From an uncultured Brevibacterium sp. (GTDB taxonomy: Bacteria; Actinomycetota; Actinomycetes; Actinomycetales; Brevibacteriaceae), in NCBI GenBank assembly GCA_902489215.1, contig CABTZE010000001.1, positions 1 through 55,883 of the forward strand: DNA of 55,883 bases. The letters run 5' to 3'. Below the pieces are notes generated by a model. It ran no database searches. It was not told the DNA's origin and saw nothing but the letters and a program-made list of their open reading frames with translations. Positions 28,838 through 38,425 of this stretch are shown here, in pieces (position 1 is the first letter of the stretch; every line of letters starts with the position of its first letter). The translations under genes were made by a program, and so were the position numbers.

Positions 28838-29448
28838 GGCCTTTCCTCCTGTCCTGATGCTTCAATCAGGTTGTCCGCCTGTGCTTCGGCAGCTTCACTC
28901 GTGCTTCCCAGCAGGGTTACGTGTTTGGGATCCAGGCGGCCGATCAAAGCGAGCACTGCTTCGATGAGTTCCCCTACGTACTGGAGAAACGCGAGGCCCA
29001 TGCCCAGCGGGATCAGGGCATACGGAATCCAGAGGGGTGGTGCCCAGGCGCTCGCTGAACGGGTATCGAGCGCATAGGCCTGAAGCCAGATCTTTCCGCC
29101 GGTCCACGCAACGACTGCGACAACGGCAAGGACCATGATGGTCGTGATGATTCGCAGGACGAGGCGGGGCTTGAGAGGGAGGGCTTCCGGCAGGAGGTCG
29201 ACGCCGACGTGGGCGTTGTGTCGCACTCCGTAGGCGGCACCGAGGAATGCCACGCAGATGAGCAGGTAAATAGTCGCCTCGGTCTGCCAGCCGGTGGGCT
29301 CTTTGAGCACATAGCGGACAAACACTCCCCACCCTGTGACCAGGGTTGCGGCGATCATGGAAATGCCCGCAGCAAGGCCGGAAACCTCGGAGATTGTGTC
29401 GATGATTCGGCAGACGGCCGGCTTAACCGTGTTGTTCTTCGTGTTCAT
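28834..29448 (-). CDS. dctQ: TRAP transporter small permease
   Basis: Four TM segments, VFVRYV, WQTE, AHVGVD. Confidence 0.9.
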   Translation of the reverse strand: MNTKNNTVKPAVCRIIDTISEVSGLAAGISMIAATLVTGWGVFVRYVLKEPTGWQTEATIYLLICVAFLGAAYGVRHNAHVGVDLLPEALPLKPRLVLRIITTIMVLAVVAVVAWTGGKIWLQAYALDTRSASAWAPPLWIPYALIPLGMGLAFLQYVGELIEAVLALIGRLDPKHVTLLGSTSEAAEAQADNLIEASGQEERP

Positions 29449-30527
29449 TGCTCACCGTGTCCGTTCTTCCTGGCAAGCTCCATGAGCGCAGCACCGCCGG
29501 GCACATCCTTGCTGTAGGCATCCCATTGTTTGCGGGCAAGCGGAAGCCACTTGGCGAAAGCCTCATCGTCAATTTGAGTGACTTCAACACCAGCATCGGC
29601 AAAGATCTTTTCGACCCGTTTGTCATCGGCTTCTGAATCGGCGTACGACTGTTCTTGCAGGTCTGCCGCTACGTCCCACAGGATCTCCTGCTGCTCAGGG
29701 CACAGCTGTTCGAAAGCGCTTCTTGTCAGCGCTAAGGGTTCGTACATGAACCAGAAGGTGTTCTTAGTCGGCGAAACGTAAGACTTCACGAGCTCTTCGA
29801 GCCTGTAGGAGGCGAAGGAACTCGATGACGTGACCGCGGCGTCAAGAACACCGGTCTGCATGGCCGAATAGATTTCGGAGCTGGGCAGACTGGTAATACC
29901 AGCGCCGGCTTCATGGAGCATGTGCTCCACGTAGTTGCCGGCGGCCCTCAACGTCGTTCCTGAAGGAAGGTCCTCAGGCGTGACGATCGGTGCTGATTTC
30001 GAGCCGATCCCTCCGGCGTTCCACACGTGAACCAGGCGGACCAGCCCGTTGTCCAACATTGACTGATCTATTGCTTTGCCCATGGGACCTTCGTCCCATT
30101 CCTGTGCTTCGGTGTGACTGCGGACAAGGCCAGGCATCAAAGTGATCGACCACGCGGGGACATGCCCGGACGCGTAGTCCAGAGGCATGATCGCTCCGTC
30201 GATCGAACCGGCAAGCATCGCGTCGTACTGGTCATTCGGTTTAGAGAGCGTCGAATTCGCGAAAACCTTGATGTTGACTTCACCATCGGTTTCTTCCGTG
30301 ACCTTTTCGGCGAAGTCTTCGGCAAGCTGCGATCGGAAGTCACTGTCGCCATCGCGGGCTGCGGGCCATTGATGGGACAGCCGGAGACTGTGACTGGTGC
30401 AGCTCGATGCTGCGCCGATTGTGCCGTCTCCGCTTTCTGTTTGTTTTCCGTAGCCTGGCGCGCATCCGGCTGCAGTGACCAGAGCAAGGGCCGTGACTGC
30501 TGAAATAAGAGCGCTAGGGCGTACCAT
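29445..30527 (-). CDS. dctP: TRAP transporter substrate-binding lipoprotein
   Basis: Lipobox AAGC, LRLSHQWP, LRAAG, SEIYSAMQTGVLDA. ATG follows AAGGAGG. Confidence 0.92.
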   Translation of the reverse strand: MVRPSALISAVTALALVTAAGCAPGYGKQTESGDGTIGAASSCTSHSLRLSHQWPAARDGDSDFRSQLAEDFAEKVTEETDGEVNIKVFANSTLSKPNDQYDAMLAGSIDGAIMPLDYASGHVPAWSITLMPGLVRSHTEAQEWDEGPMGKAIDQSMLDNGLVRLVHVWNAGGIGSKSAPIVTPEDLPSGTTLRAAGNYVEHMLHEAGAGITSLPSSEIYSAMQTGVLDAAVTSSSSFASYRLEELVKSYVSPTKNTFWFMYEPLALTRSAFEQLCPEQQEILWDVAADLQEQSYADSEADDKRVEKIFADAGVEVTQIDDEAFAKWLPLARKQWDAYSKDVPGGAALMELARKNGHGEQ

Positions 30528-30737
30528 GTCCACCTCCTTGTGGATTGTGTGTAGGTATAACCTATGTCACAAAAGCAGGTGGTGGTAGGACCAAATCGCC
30601 ATCTGAGCAGGGCTTTTGCAGCATTTCAGCGCATTCCGGCGACAACGACCCTCGCTTTGCTCCAGCACTGCGGGTGCCTGTCTGGTTGGCTCCCCGCCGC
30701 TGCTCGTGCAGGATCGCCGGAGTCACGTCAGAGCGGT

Positions 30738-30764
30738 TATCATAATTATCATAAACTTTCATAA
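30738..30764 (+). repeat. AT-rich 27-bp direct repeat upstream of the AAA ATPase
   Basis: TATCATAATTATCATAAACTTTCATAA; 22/27 identical to 31956-31982. Confidence 0.75.
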
Positions 30765-30828
30765 GCGATCGTGAGAGTGGCACACGACTGATGCATTCGA
30801 TATTCCGCCGGTTCCCGATGGCGATTAC

Positions 30829-31950
30829 GTGCGCTCGCCATTCACACCGACCTTCGGGGTGATTCCGCCCCGCCTGGCTGACCGACAGCAGCTGGTTGAT
30901 GCTTTCGCGCGGATGCTTGATGAGGGTCCCGGGGCTCGCGGCCAGGCCACTCTCGTCGCCGGACAGCGCGGTATGGGCAAGAGCGTGATGTTGAAGGTGT
31001 TTCAAAAGGTCGCTCAGTCGCGCGGTTGGATATGTGCTCAGGACCAGGCCAGCCCAGGTGTTGTTCAGCGGTTGACTGAGGCCCGAATCCCTGAAGCTAT
31101 GGCGACGCTCGATTGGGAATCGCAGTCGAACATGCGCATCACCGGGGGAGGGTTCAACGTGATGGGTTTCGGCGGCAGCGTTTCCACCACAAGTGAAGAC
31201 CGTTTCCCCGTAACTCCCGATTTCCAGCACCAGCTCATACGAGCAGTTGAAGCACTTGCTGAGCGGGGTTCAGGACTGCTCGTCACTCTGGACGAGGTGC
31301 ACAGATCAAATATCGATGAGCTGCGTCAGGTTACAGATGCCCTGAGCGCCGCTGTTTCCGAACGAGCCCCCGTCGCATTCGTCGGCGCGGGCCTGCCAGC
31401 CTCCATCGATGACCTGGTGAATGACCGTGTGTCGACGTACCTGCGGCGTGCAGAGCGCATTGACCTTGAGCTTCTAACGGAGGCCGGAGCCCGGGAAGGG
31501 CTTACCCGCCCTTTGGAGAAAACGGGCAAATCGATGTCGAAACAGGCTCTAGAGGCGGCTGTCGCGGCTTCCGGTAGGTACCCGTACCTGGTGCAGTTGA
31601 TCGGCGATGAAGCATTCAAACTTGCAGGCAGTGAAGACGTCATTACGATCTCGCACGTGCGTCATGCGGCGGCAGACGCTCAACGGGCCATGTACCGGCA
31701 GATTCACGAACCTACATTTGCTGGGCTCTCCAAACGCGATCGTGACTATCTGTACGCCATGTCTGCAGACGAAGGGCCATCCATGACCGGCGAAGTGGCC
31801 AAGCGCATGGACATGGACCCCCGCAATGCTGGGGCCTATCGCAACCGGCTGTTGGCCGCAGGCGTCATCGAGTCGCCCGCACGAGGCGTCGTGACGTTCA
31901 CGATGCCCTACACGCGTGAATACATTCTGAAGCGTGAGCGCCCGTCCTGA
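30829..31950 (+). CDS. AAA+ ATP-binding protein with C-terminal winged HTH
   Basis: SPFTPTFG..P..LADR N-terminus, Walker A GQRGMGKS, Walker B VTLDEVH, SGRYPYLVQLIG, C-terminal TGEVAKRM...YRNRLLAAGVI. Confidence 0.88.
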   Translation: MRSPFTPTFGVIPPRLADRQQLVDAFARMLDEGPGARGQATLVAGQRGMGKSVMLKVFQKVAQSRGWICAQDQASPGVVQRLTEARIPEAMATLDWESQSNMRITGGGFNVMGFGGSVSTTSEDRFPVTPDFQHQLIRAVEALAERGSGLLVTLDEVHRSNIDELRQVTDALSAAVSERAPVAFVGAGLPASIDDLVNDRVSTYLRRAERIDLELLTEAGAREGLTRPLEKTGKSMSKQALEAAVAASGRYPYLVQLIGDEAFKLAGSEDVITISHVRHAAADAQRAMYRQIHEPTFAGLSKRDRDYLYAMSADEGPSMTGEVAKRMDMDPRNAGAYRNRLLAAGVIESPARGVVTFTMPYTREYILKRERPS

Positions 31951-31955
31951 GGCGT

Positions 31956-31982
31956 AATCATAAGAATCGTGAACTTTCATAA
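31956..31982 (+). repeat. AT-rich 27-bp direct repeat downstream of the AAA ATPase
   Basis: AATCATAAGAATCGTGAACTTTCATAA, starting 5 bp after the stop codon. Confidence 0.75.
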
Positions 31983-32281
31983 AGGTGGATTAGTGGACGT
32001 GGATTCCCGTCATCGAGCGCCCCTTGTGAGGCGGCGCCAGCAGCGGTGATCATACTGGTGGTGGTTTCGCTGCTCGCCAAACAACAAACGTCCCGCGCTG
32101 TGGCGTAATTTCTTGCGTGTGCCTGTTTCGAGGCCGTAAACGGTACGACCTCGACAGAAGCCGCGGCATCAGCGACGCGCTGGGACAACGCGCGCCTTAG
32201 TTTCTGAGGCCAAACCGTTTAACCTGACTAACGATGTGAAGCTCGGGTTGGAACCGTATGCCCCGGTATGTGGAGGTTGTT

Positions 32282-33844
32282 GTGGGAGCTCTTTCGCGTG
32301 AAGTCCAGCGCGACCGTCTGCACCGGACCATTTGGGAGGTCGCAAACGAACTCCGCGGCTCCGTCGACGGCTGGGACTTCAAAAGCTATGTGCTGGGCCT
32401 GCTGTTCTACCGCTTCATCTCAGAGAACCTCTCGAACTTCATTGAAGCGAACGAAGGCGCTGGCTTCCGCTACGCCGATCTGACCGATGCTGAAGCCGAA
32501 CCGATCCGCGGAATGATGGTGGATGAAAAGGGCTTCTTCATCCTTCCCTCCCAGCTGTTCGAAAACGTACGCGCCCGCGCAGCGCAGGACCCGAACCTCA
32601 ATGAAACACTGGAAAAGGTATTCCAGAGCATCGAAGGATCGTCGCTCGGCCACCGCAGCGAAGATGACATCAAGGGCCTGTTTGACGACCTCGACGTCAA
32701 CTCGAACCGCCTGGGCAACACGGTTGAGCGCCGGAATGACAAGCTGAGGAACCTTCTCAACGCCATCGGCGACTTAGATCTGGGCGAAAAGCACGATGAA
32801 GGCATCGACATGTTTGGTGATGCCTACGAATTCCTCATGCAGATGTACGCATCGCAGGCCGGAAAATCTGGTGGTGAGTACTACACGCCGCAGGAAGTCA
32901 GCGAACTGTTGGCTCGGTTGACGACCATCGGCAAAACTCAGGTGAACCGCGTGTACGACCCGGCGGTTGGTTCCGGTTCTCTGCTTCTGAAGTTTGCCAA
33001 GGTTCTTGGACCGCACGGTGTGCGTCAGGGCTATTACGGGCAGGAAATCAACCTGACCACCTACAACCTGGCCCGCATCAACATGTTTCTGCACGACGTG
33101 AACTACGACAAGTTCAGCATCGCGCACGGCAATACCCTCACCGACCCACAGCACTGGGACGATGAACCGTTTGACGCGATTGTCTCGAACCCGCCCTACG
33201 CCACCCGGTGGGAAGGCAAGAACAACCCGCTGCTCATCAACGACCCCCGGTTTGCTCCAGCCGGTGTTCTAGCGCCTGTGAGACGAGCAGACCTTGCATT
33301 CACGATGCACGTGCTGTCGTGGCTTGCGGTCGATGGGACAGCTGCACTGGTGCAGTTCCCCGGTGTTCTGTACCGAGGTGGTACGGAACAGAAGATCCGT
33401 CAATACCTTGTCGACAACAACTACGTGGATGCAGTAATCCAGCTGCCCGAAGACATGTTCTTCGGCACCACGATCGCGGTGTGCATCCTCGTGCTGAAGA
33501 AGTCGAAGTCAGTCAACAATGTGCTGTTCATCGATGCGTCGAAGGACTTTGTTCGCCAGGGCAAGAACAACGTCATGACCGAGTCGCACCGCGACAAGAT
33601 CGTGAGCATGTTCGAAGAGCGCCGCGAGGAACAGTACGTGTCTAAGCGCGTCAGCGCCGAAGAAATCGCAAAGAACGACTACAACCTGTCCATCAGTTCC
33701 TATGTCGAATTCGAGGACACCCGCGAAAAGATCGACATCACCGAGCTCAACGCAGAAATCGCGCAGATCGTAGAACGCCAGTCGGAGCTGCGCACCAGCA
33801 TCGATGCAATCGTCGCCGAGCTTGAAGCAGGTGCACACAAGTGA
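32282..33844 (+). CDS. hsdM: type I restriction-modification methyltransferase subunit M
   Basis: LRGSVDGWDFK, GDAYE, GKSGGEYYTP, DPAVGSG, NPPY. GTG follows GGAGG; alternative ATG at 32258. Confidence 0.96.
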   Translation: MGALSREVQRDRLHRTIWEVANELRGSVDGWDFKSYVLGLLFYRFISENLSNFIEANEGAGFRYADLTDAEAEPIRGMMVDEKGFFILPSQLFENVRARAAQDPNLNETLEKVFQSIEGSSLGHRSEDDIKGLFDDLDVNSNRLGNTVERRNDKLRNLLNAIGDLDLGEKHDEGIDMFGDAYEFLMQMYASQAGKSGGEYYTPQEVSELLARLTTIGKTQVNRVYDPAVGSGSLLLKFAKVLGPHGVRQGYYGQEINLTTYNLARINMFLHDVNYDKFSIAHGNTLTDPQHWDDEPFDAIVSNPPYATRWEGKNNPLLINDPRFAPAGVLAPVRRADLAFTMHVLSWLAVDGTAALVQFPGVLYRGGTEQKIRQYLVDNNYVDAVIQLPEDMFFGTTIAVCILVLKKSKSVNNVLFIDASKDFVRQGKNNVMTESHRDKIVSMFEERREEQYVSKRVSAEEIAKNDYNLSISSYVEFEDTREKIDITELNAEIAQIVERQSELRTSIDAIVAELEAGAHK

Positions 33845-35019
33845 ACCGCGTCGAAAAGCTCATCCAGGAGCACTGTCCTGACGGGGTTCCGTTTCAGAGG
33901 ATTTCAGATCTTGGCATCCTCATCTCGGGGCTTGCCGGACGAACGAAAGTGGACTTCGGTCACGGCGATGATCAGTTCGTAACGTACAAGCAAGTGTTCG
34001 GCAGTCTTTCCGTGGACTTCACGAAACTGGAACGAGTGGATCTATCAGACGGCAAAAAGCAGAACAAGCTGGCGCTGGGGGATGTCATATTCACAGCATC
34101 GTCAGAAAATCTAGACGAAGTTGGCATGTCTTCAGTCGTGACGAGACAGCCTGAGTCGGACTTATACCTGAATAGTTTTTGTTTCGCGTTTCGACTTAAA
34201 GATAGGCAGATTCTCGATCCAGAGTTTTCGAAATATCTGTTTCGTGCACCTCTCGTGCGTAGGCAGATTATTCGATCTGCACAAGGTGTGACACGGATCA
34301 ATATATCCAAGAAACGGTTTCTTGAACTGGTAGTTCCTGTTCCTCCGCTTGAGGTACAGCGGGAGATCGTTAAAGTTCTTGATCTCTTCACTGAGCTCGA
34401 GGCTGAGCTCGAGGCTGAGCTCGAGGCGCGCCGCAAGCAATACGAGTACTACCGCGACCAGTTGCTCACATTCCCCGAGGATGGGGGGGCGACCTGGACG
34501 CCGATGGGTGAGGTCCTCCGATTGCGAAATGGAAGAGATTTTAAGCATCTGGGATCTGGGCATGTGCCGGTCTACGGTTCTGGAGGGGTGATTGCCCATG
34601 TTCAGATTCCTGCTTTTGAAGGTGAAACCGTTTTGATTCCTAGAAAAGGTTCAATATCGTCGGTTTACTATGTGGATGGACCGGTGTGGACGGTCGACAC
34701 GTGTTTTTACTCAGAAATCAATAAAAATCGGTTGATTCCCAGATATCTTTATCATTATTTGCTTCGTGAAGATTTGAGTCGCTTAAACACGGGTGGAGGC
34801 GTTCCGTCTTTGACCCAAAAGGTACTCAACCGTCTTCCGATAGCTTTACCGGATTTAGCTACACAGCAGAAAATTGCGTCAGTTCTCGACAAGTTCGATG
34901 CGCTGGTCAACGACCTCTCTTCCGGTCTGCCAGCTGAGATCGAGGCTCGCAGGAAGCAGTACGAGTACTATCGGGACAAACTGCTGACGTTTAAGGAACT
35001 GGAAGCCGACGCCGCATAA
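33841..35019 (+). CDS. hsdS: type I R-M specificity subunit S (type IC-like)
   Basis: CPDGV N-terminus, two TRDs, conserved blocks PPLEVQREIV..LD.FTELEAELEAELEARRKQYEYYRDQLL and GLPAEIEARRKQYEYYRDKLL. Confidence 0.96.
   Translation: MNRVEKLIQEHCPDGVPFQRISDLGILISGLAGRTKVDFGHGDDQFVTYKQVFGSLSVDFTKLERVDLSDGKKQNKLALGDVIFTASSENLDEVGMSSVVTRQPESDLYLNSFCFAFRLKDRQILDPEFSKYLFRAPLVRRQIIRSAQGVTRINISKKRFLELVVPVPPLEVQREIVKVLDLFTELEAELEAELEARRKQYEYYRDQLLTFPEDGGATWTPMGEVLRLRNGRDFKHLGSGHVPVYGSGGVIAHVQIPAFEGETVLIPRKGSISSVYYVDGPVWTVDTCFYSEINKNRLIPRYLYHYLLREDLSRLNTGGGVPSLTQKVLNRLPIALPDLATQQKIASVLDKFDALVNDLSSGLPAEIEARRKQYEYYRDKLLTFKELEADAA
34391..34426 (+). repeat. 12-bp tandem repeat x3 in the hsdS spacer
   Basis: (CTGAGCTCGAGG)x3, encoding ELEA repeats. 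Confidence 0.9.
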
Positions 35020-35034
35020 CCGCGCGCTGTTTCA

Positions 35035-38000
35035 ATGACTGGGGCTGGGATGGAATTCTCGACGGGTGACGAACTCAAGCGCAATAAAATTGCGCCCATT
35101 GCAGTCAGCGACGAAGCCACCGTCGTTGCCGCCTATGAACCTGGTATCCAGCCTGACGATTCCTACCAGTCCGAAGCTCAGCTCGAAGCTGAGCTCATCA
35201 AACAGCTACAAGCCCAGGCCTACGAATACGTCACCATCCGCGACGAAGCAGCCCTCGTAGCGAACCTCCGCGAACAGCTCGAAACACTCAACAAGGTTGA
35301 GTTCTCGGACAGCGAATGGAAGTCGTTCTTCGAAACAAACATCGCCAGCAAGAACGACGGCCCCAAAGAAAAAACGTGGCGGCTGCACAACGACAATATT
35401 CAGCTTCTCCGCCGGGACGACGGCACCACACGCAACATTCGTCTGCTCGACAAAACACACATTCACAACAACAAGCTGCAGGTGATCAACCAGTACGCAG
35501 TTGAGGCAGGCACCTCGCCGGGCAGTGCGACCCACTCCAACCGGTACGACGTCACGATCCTCGTCAACGGTCTGCCGCTCATCCATGTTGAACTCAAACG
35601 TCGAGGCGTCAGCCTTCGGGAAGCGTTCAATCAGATTGCCCGCTACCAAAACCAGTCACTGTGGTCTGGCTACGGCCTGTTCGACTACGTCCAGGTGTTC
35701 GTGATCTCCAACGGGACACTCACCAAGTACTACTCCAACACCACCCGCCCCAAGAAAAACGACAGCACAAAACGCACAGTCAACACGTGGGCATTCACAA
35801 ACTGGTGGGCAGACGGCAACAACAAACTCATCGCCGACCTCCACGGGTTCACCCGCACCTTCTTCGCCAAACACACAATCCTCAACATCCTCACCCGGTA
35901 CTGTGTGCTGCGCGAAGACGGCACCCTTCTGGTCATGCGGCCCTACCAAATCGCCGCAACAGAACGGATCCTGCAGCGCATCGACGTCGCCGCAAACAAC
36001 AAAATGCTCGGCAGCACAAAAGCCGGCGGATACATCTGGCACACCACCGGATCCGGTAAAACACTCACCAGCTTCAAAACTGCACAGCTGGCCACAGCCC
36101 TGCCCAGCAGCCCCAAGGTTCTGTTCGTGGTTGACCGCAAAGACCTCGACTACCAAACCATGCGGGAATACGACAGTTTCAAAAAAGGTGCCGCAAACTC
36201 CAACGCATCCACTAAAGTCCTCACGGAGCAGATGGGCGACCCCAATGCGCGCATCATCATCACCACAATCCAGAAGCTGTCGAACTTCGTCGCAGCTAAC
36301 GCGAAGCACCCCATCTACAGCGAACACACTGTGCTGATCTTTGATGAGTGCCACCGTTCGCAGTTCGGCGCGATGCACGCAGCCATCACCAAGAAGTTCA
36401 AGAAATACAACATCTTCGGCTTCACCGGCACCCCGATCTTCCCAGCCAACGCTGGTAAGTCCTACGGTGCCCGGGATGGGCGCGTGATCGTGCGTACCAC
36501 CGAAGAAACCTTCGGCGACCAACTGCACACGTACACGATCGTCGACGCAATCGAAGACAAGAACGTCCTGCCGTTCAAACTCGCCTACAACAACGTGGTA
36601 GAGAAAGTTCGACACTTTGCCCAGGAGCATGCCACCCGAGCCGAACAGGAAGCCGAACTCCTGGAACCTCGGCGGATCAGTGCCGTCACCTCGTACGTCC
36701 TCAAACATTTCAATCAGCACACCCGCCGGCAGACACTCAGCAGCGAAACCGACAATTCGTACCTCCACACCGTCACAGCCGACGTGGCTGCTGTTGCCCG
36801 CAGGCGGGGCGGGCCCGGCATTATCGAAACAGCCAAGCGGAAGGTTGTCGGCTTCAACGCCATGATGGCGGTGCAGTCAGTAGAAGCCGCGAAACTGTAC
36901 TACGAGGAATTCAAGGCTCAACAAGCTCAGCTGCCGCAAGCAGCACGCCTCACAGTTGCCACCATCTTCAGCTACAAAGCAAACGAAGACCCCGAAGCCG
37001 GCATCCTTGCTGAAGAAGGCTTCGACACCGGCAAACTCAGCGGAGAAGACCGCGAATTCCTCGAAAGCGCCATCAGCGACTACAACAGCACCTTCGGCAC
37101 TAGCTACGACGCAAACGGCGACAACTTCCAGAACTACTACCGCGACCTGTCCATGAGGGTCAAAGACAGGGAAGTCGACCTGCTGATCGTGGTCAACATG
37201 TTCCTCACTGGGTTCGACGCCCCAACACTGAACACTCTGTACGTGGACAAAAACCTGCGCTACCACGGGCTGATCCAGGCGTTTTCCCGCACCAACCGCA
37301 TTCTGAACTCCGTGAAGCAGTACGGAAACATCGTGTGCTTCCGCGACCTGCAGAAGAACACCGAGGACGCGCTGGCGCTGTTCGGCAACAAAGACGCCGA
37401 GGGTATTGCCCTGCTCAAGCCGTACGAACACTACTTGAAGCAGTACAAGGCCAAAGTCGCTGAACTGCTGAGCTTCCACGGGATCGGCGACGCCGTCCCG
37501 GGCAGTGAAACCGAACAGAAACACTTCGTGCAGGTATTCGGCGAAATCCTCAAGCTGCGGAACATGCTCGCAGGATTCGACGAATTCACCGAAGACGACG
37601 ATCTCAGTCCGCGCGATATGCAGGATCTGCAGAGCGTTTACCTTGCCATCCGGGAAGAACTCGGTGGGGGTGAAGATGGCCCCACGGACGGTTCGGAGTC
37701 TTATGAACAGCAGGAACTGGAGTTCGAGATCGAGCTGCTGCGCCAGGTGGACGTCAACGTCGACTACATCCTCATGCTCGTCGAGAAACTGCACACCCCG
37801 AAGTCGAGCTCCGCACCGTCTGACGACGACATCAAGGAGCAGATTCGCCAAGCGATCGAAGCCAGCCCCACGCTGCGCGACAAACGCGATTTGTTCATGG
37901 ACTTCATCGGAATCGTCGACACGAGCAAAAACGTGGTCGAACAGTGGAATGCATTCGTGCAGTGGAGGAGGGAACGGGAGCTCGAGACGCTCATCAAAGA

Positions 38001-38211
38001 AGAAAACCTGCAGGAACCACAGGCGCGCGCCTTCGTGGACTACGCCTTCGAAATAGGCGAGGTGCCGACTACCGGAACCGATATCGTTGAGATCCTGCCG
38101 CGCATGAGCCTCTTCGGCCGCACCGCCGACGGGGACAGCCGCGAGGACGTTAAAAAACGCGTAGTCAAAAAGTTCATCGAGCTTTTCGAGCGGTACGGAA
38201 CCCTTGGGTGA
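35035..38211 (+). CDS. hsdR: type I restriction endonuclease subunit R
   Basis: RYDVTILVNGLPLIHVELK (PD-(D/E)xK), WHTTGSGKT, DECHRS, FTGTP, MFLTGFD, IQAFSRTNR. Confidence 0.97.
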   Translation: MTGAGMEFSTGDELKRNKIAPIAVSDEATVVAAYEPGIQPDDSYQSEAQLEAELIKQLQAQAYEYVTIRDEAALVANLREQLETLNKVEFSDSEWKSFFETNIASKNDGPKEKTWRLHNDNIQLLRRDDGTTRNIRLLDKTHIHNNKLQVINQYAVEAGTSPGSATHSNRYDVTILVNGLPLIHVELKRRGVSLREAFNQIARYQNQSLWSGYGLFDYVQVFVISNGTLTKYYSNTTRPKKNDSTKRTVNTWAFTNWWADGNNKLIADLHGFTRTFFAKHTILNILTRYCVLREDGTLLVMRPYQIAATERILQRIDVAANNKMLGSTKAGGYIWHTTGSGKTLTSFKTAQLATALPSSPKVLFVVDRKDLDYQTMREYDSFKKGAANSNASTKVLTEQMGDPNARIIITTIQKLSNFVAANAKHPIYSEHTVLIFDECHRSQFGAMHAAITKKFKKYNIFGFTGTPIFPANAGKSYGARDGRVIVRTTEETFGDQLHTYTIVDAIEDKNVLPFKLAYNNVVEKVRHFAQEHATRAEQEAELLEPRRISAVTSYVLKHFNQHTRRQTLSSETDNSYLHTVTADVAAVARRRGGPGIIETAKRKVVGFNAMMAVQSVEAAKLYYEEFKAQQAQLPQAARLTVATIFSYKANEDPEAGILAEEGFDTGKLSGEDREFLESAISDYNSTFGTSYDANGDNFQNYYRDLSMRVKDREVDLLIVVNMFLTGFDAPTLNTLYVDKNLRYHGLIQAFSRTNRILNSVKQYGNIVCFRDLQKNTEDALALFGNKDAEGIALLKPYEHYLKQYKAKVAELLSFHGIGDAVPGSETEQKHFVQVFGEILKLRNMLAGFDEFTEDDDLSPRDMQDLQSVYLAIREELGGGEDGPTDGSESYEQQELEFEIELLRQVDVNVDYILMLVEKLHTPKSSSAPSDDDIKEQIRQAIEASPTLRDKRDLFMDFIGIVDTSKNVVEQWNAFVQWRRERELETLIKEENLQEPQARAFVDYAFEIGEVPTTGTDIVEILPRMSLFGRTADGDSREDVKKRVVKKFIELFERYGTLG

Positions 38212-38425
38212 GGTTGCAGCCGTCCGGATAGGCTTCCCATCGCGACAACCTGTACGTCACCTACGTGGGAAAACAGAGTCCGATGCTGCCTGTCGGCAGT
38301 AAGTGAAAAAGCGAATTCCAAGGGTGCCCTACATCACGCTTTTGCCGTCGGATACTATTTGAGTACCCCCTAGTAGCCGCCGGACGTTTTCCGGGACGTT
38401 CGCGCACCCTAACGAAGGCAGAAAA

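Noticed and set aside
33184..33198. NPPY motif in HsdM as a sign of m4C methylation
   Set aside because: Single-HsdM type IC enzymes such as EcoR124I also carry NPPY and make m6A; there is no second M gene here.
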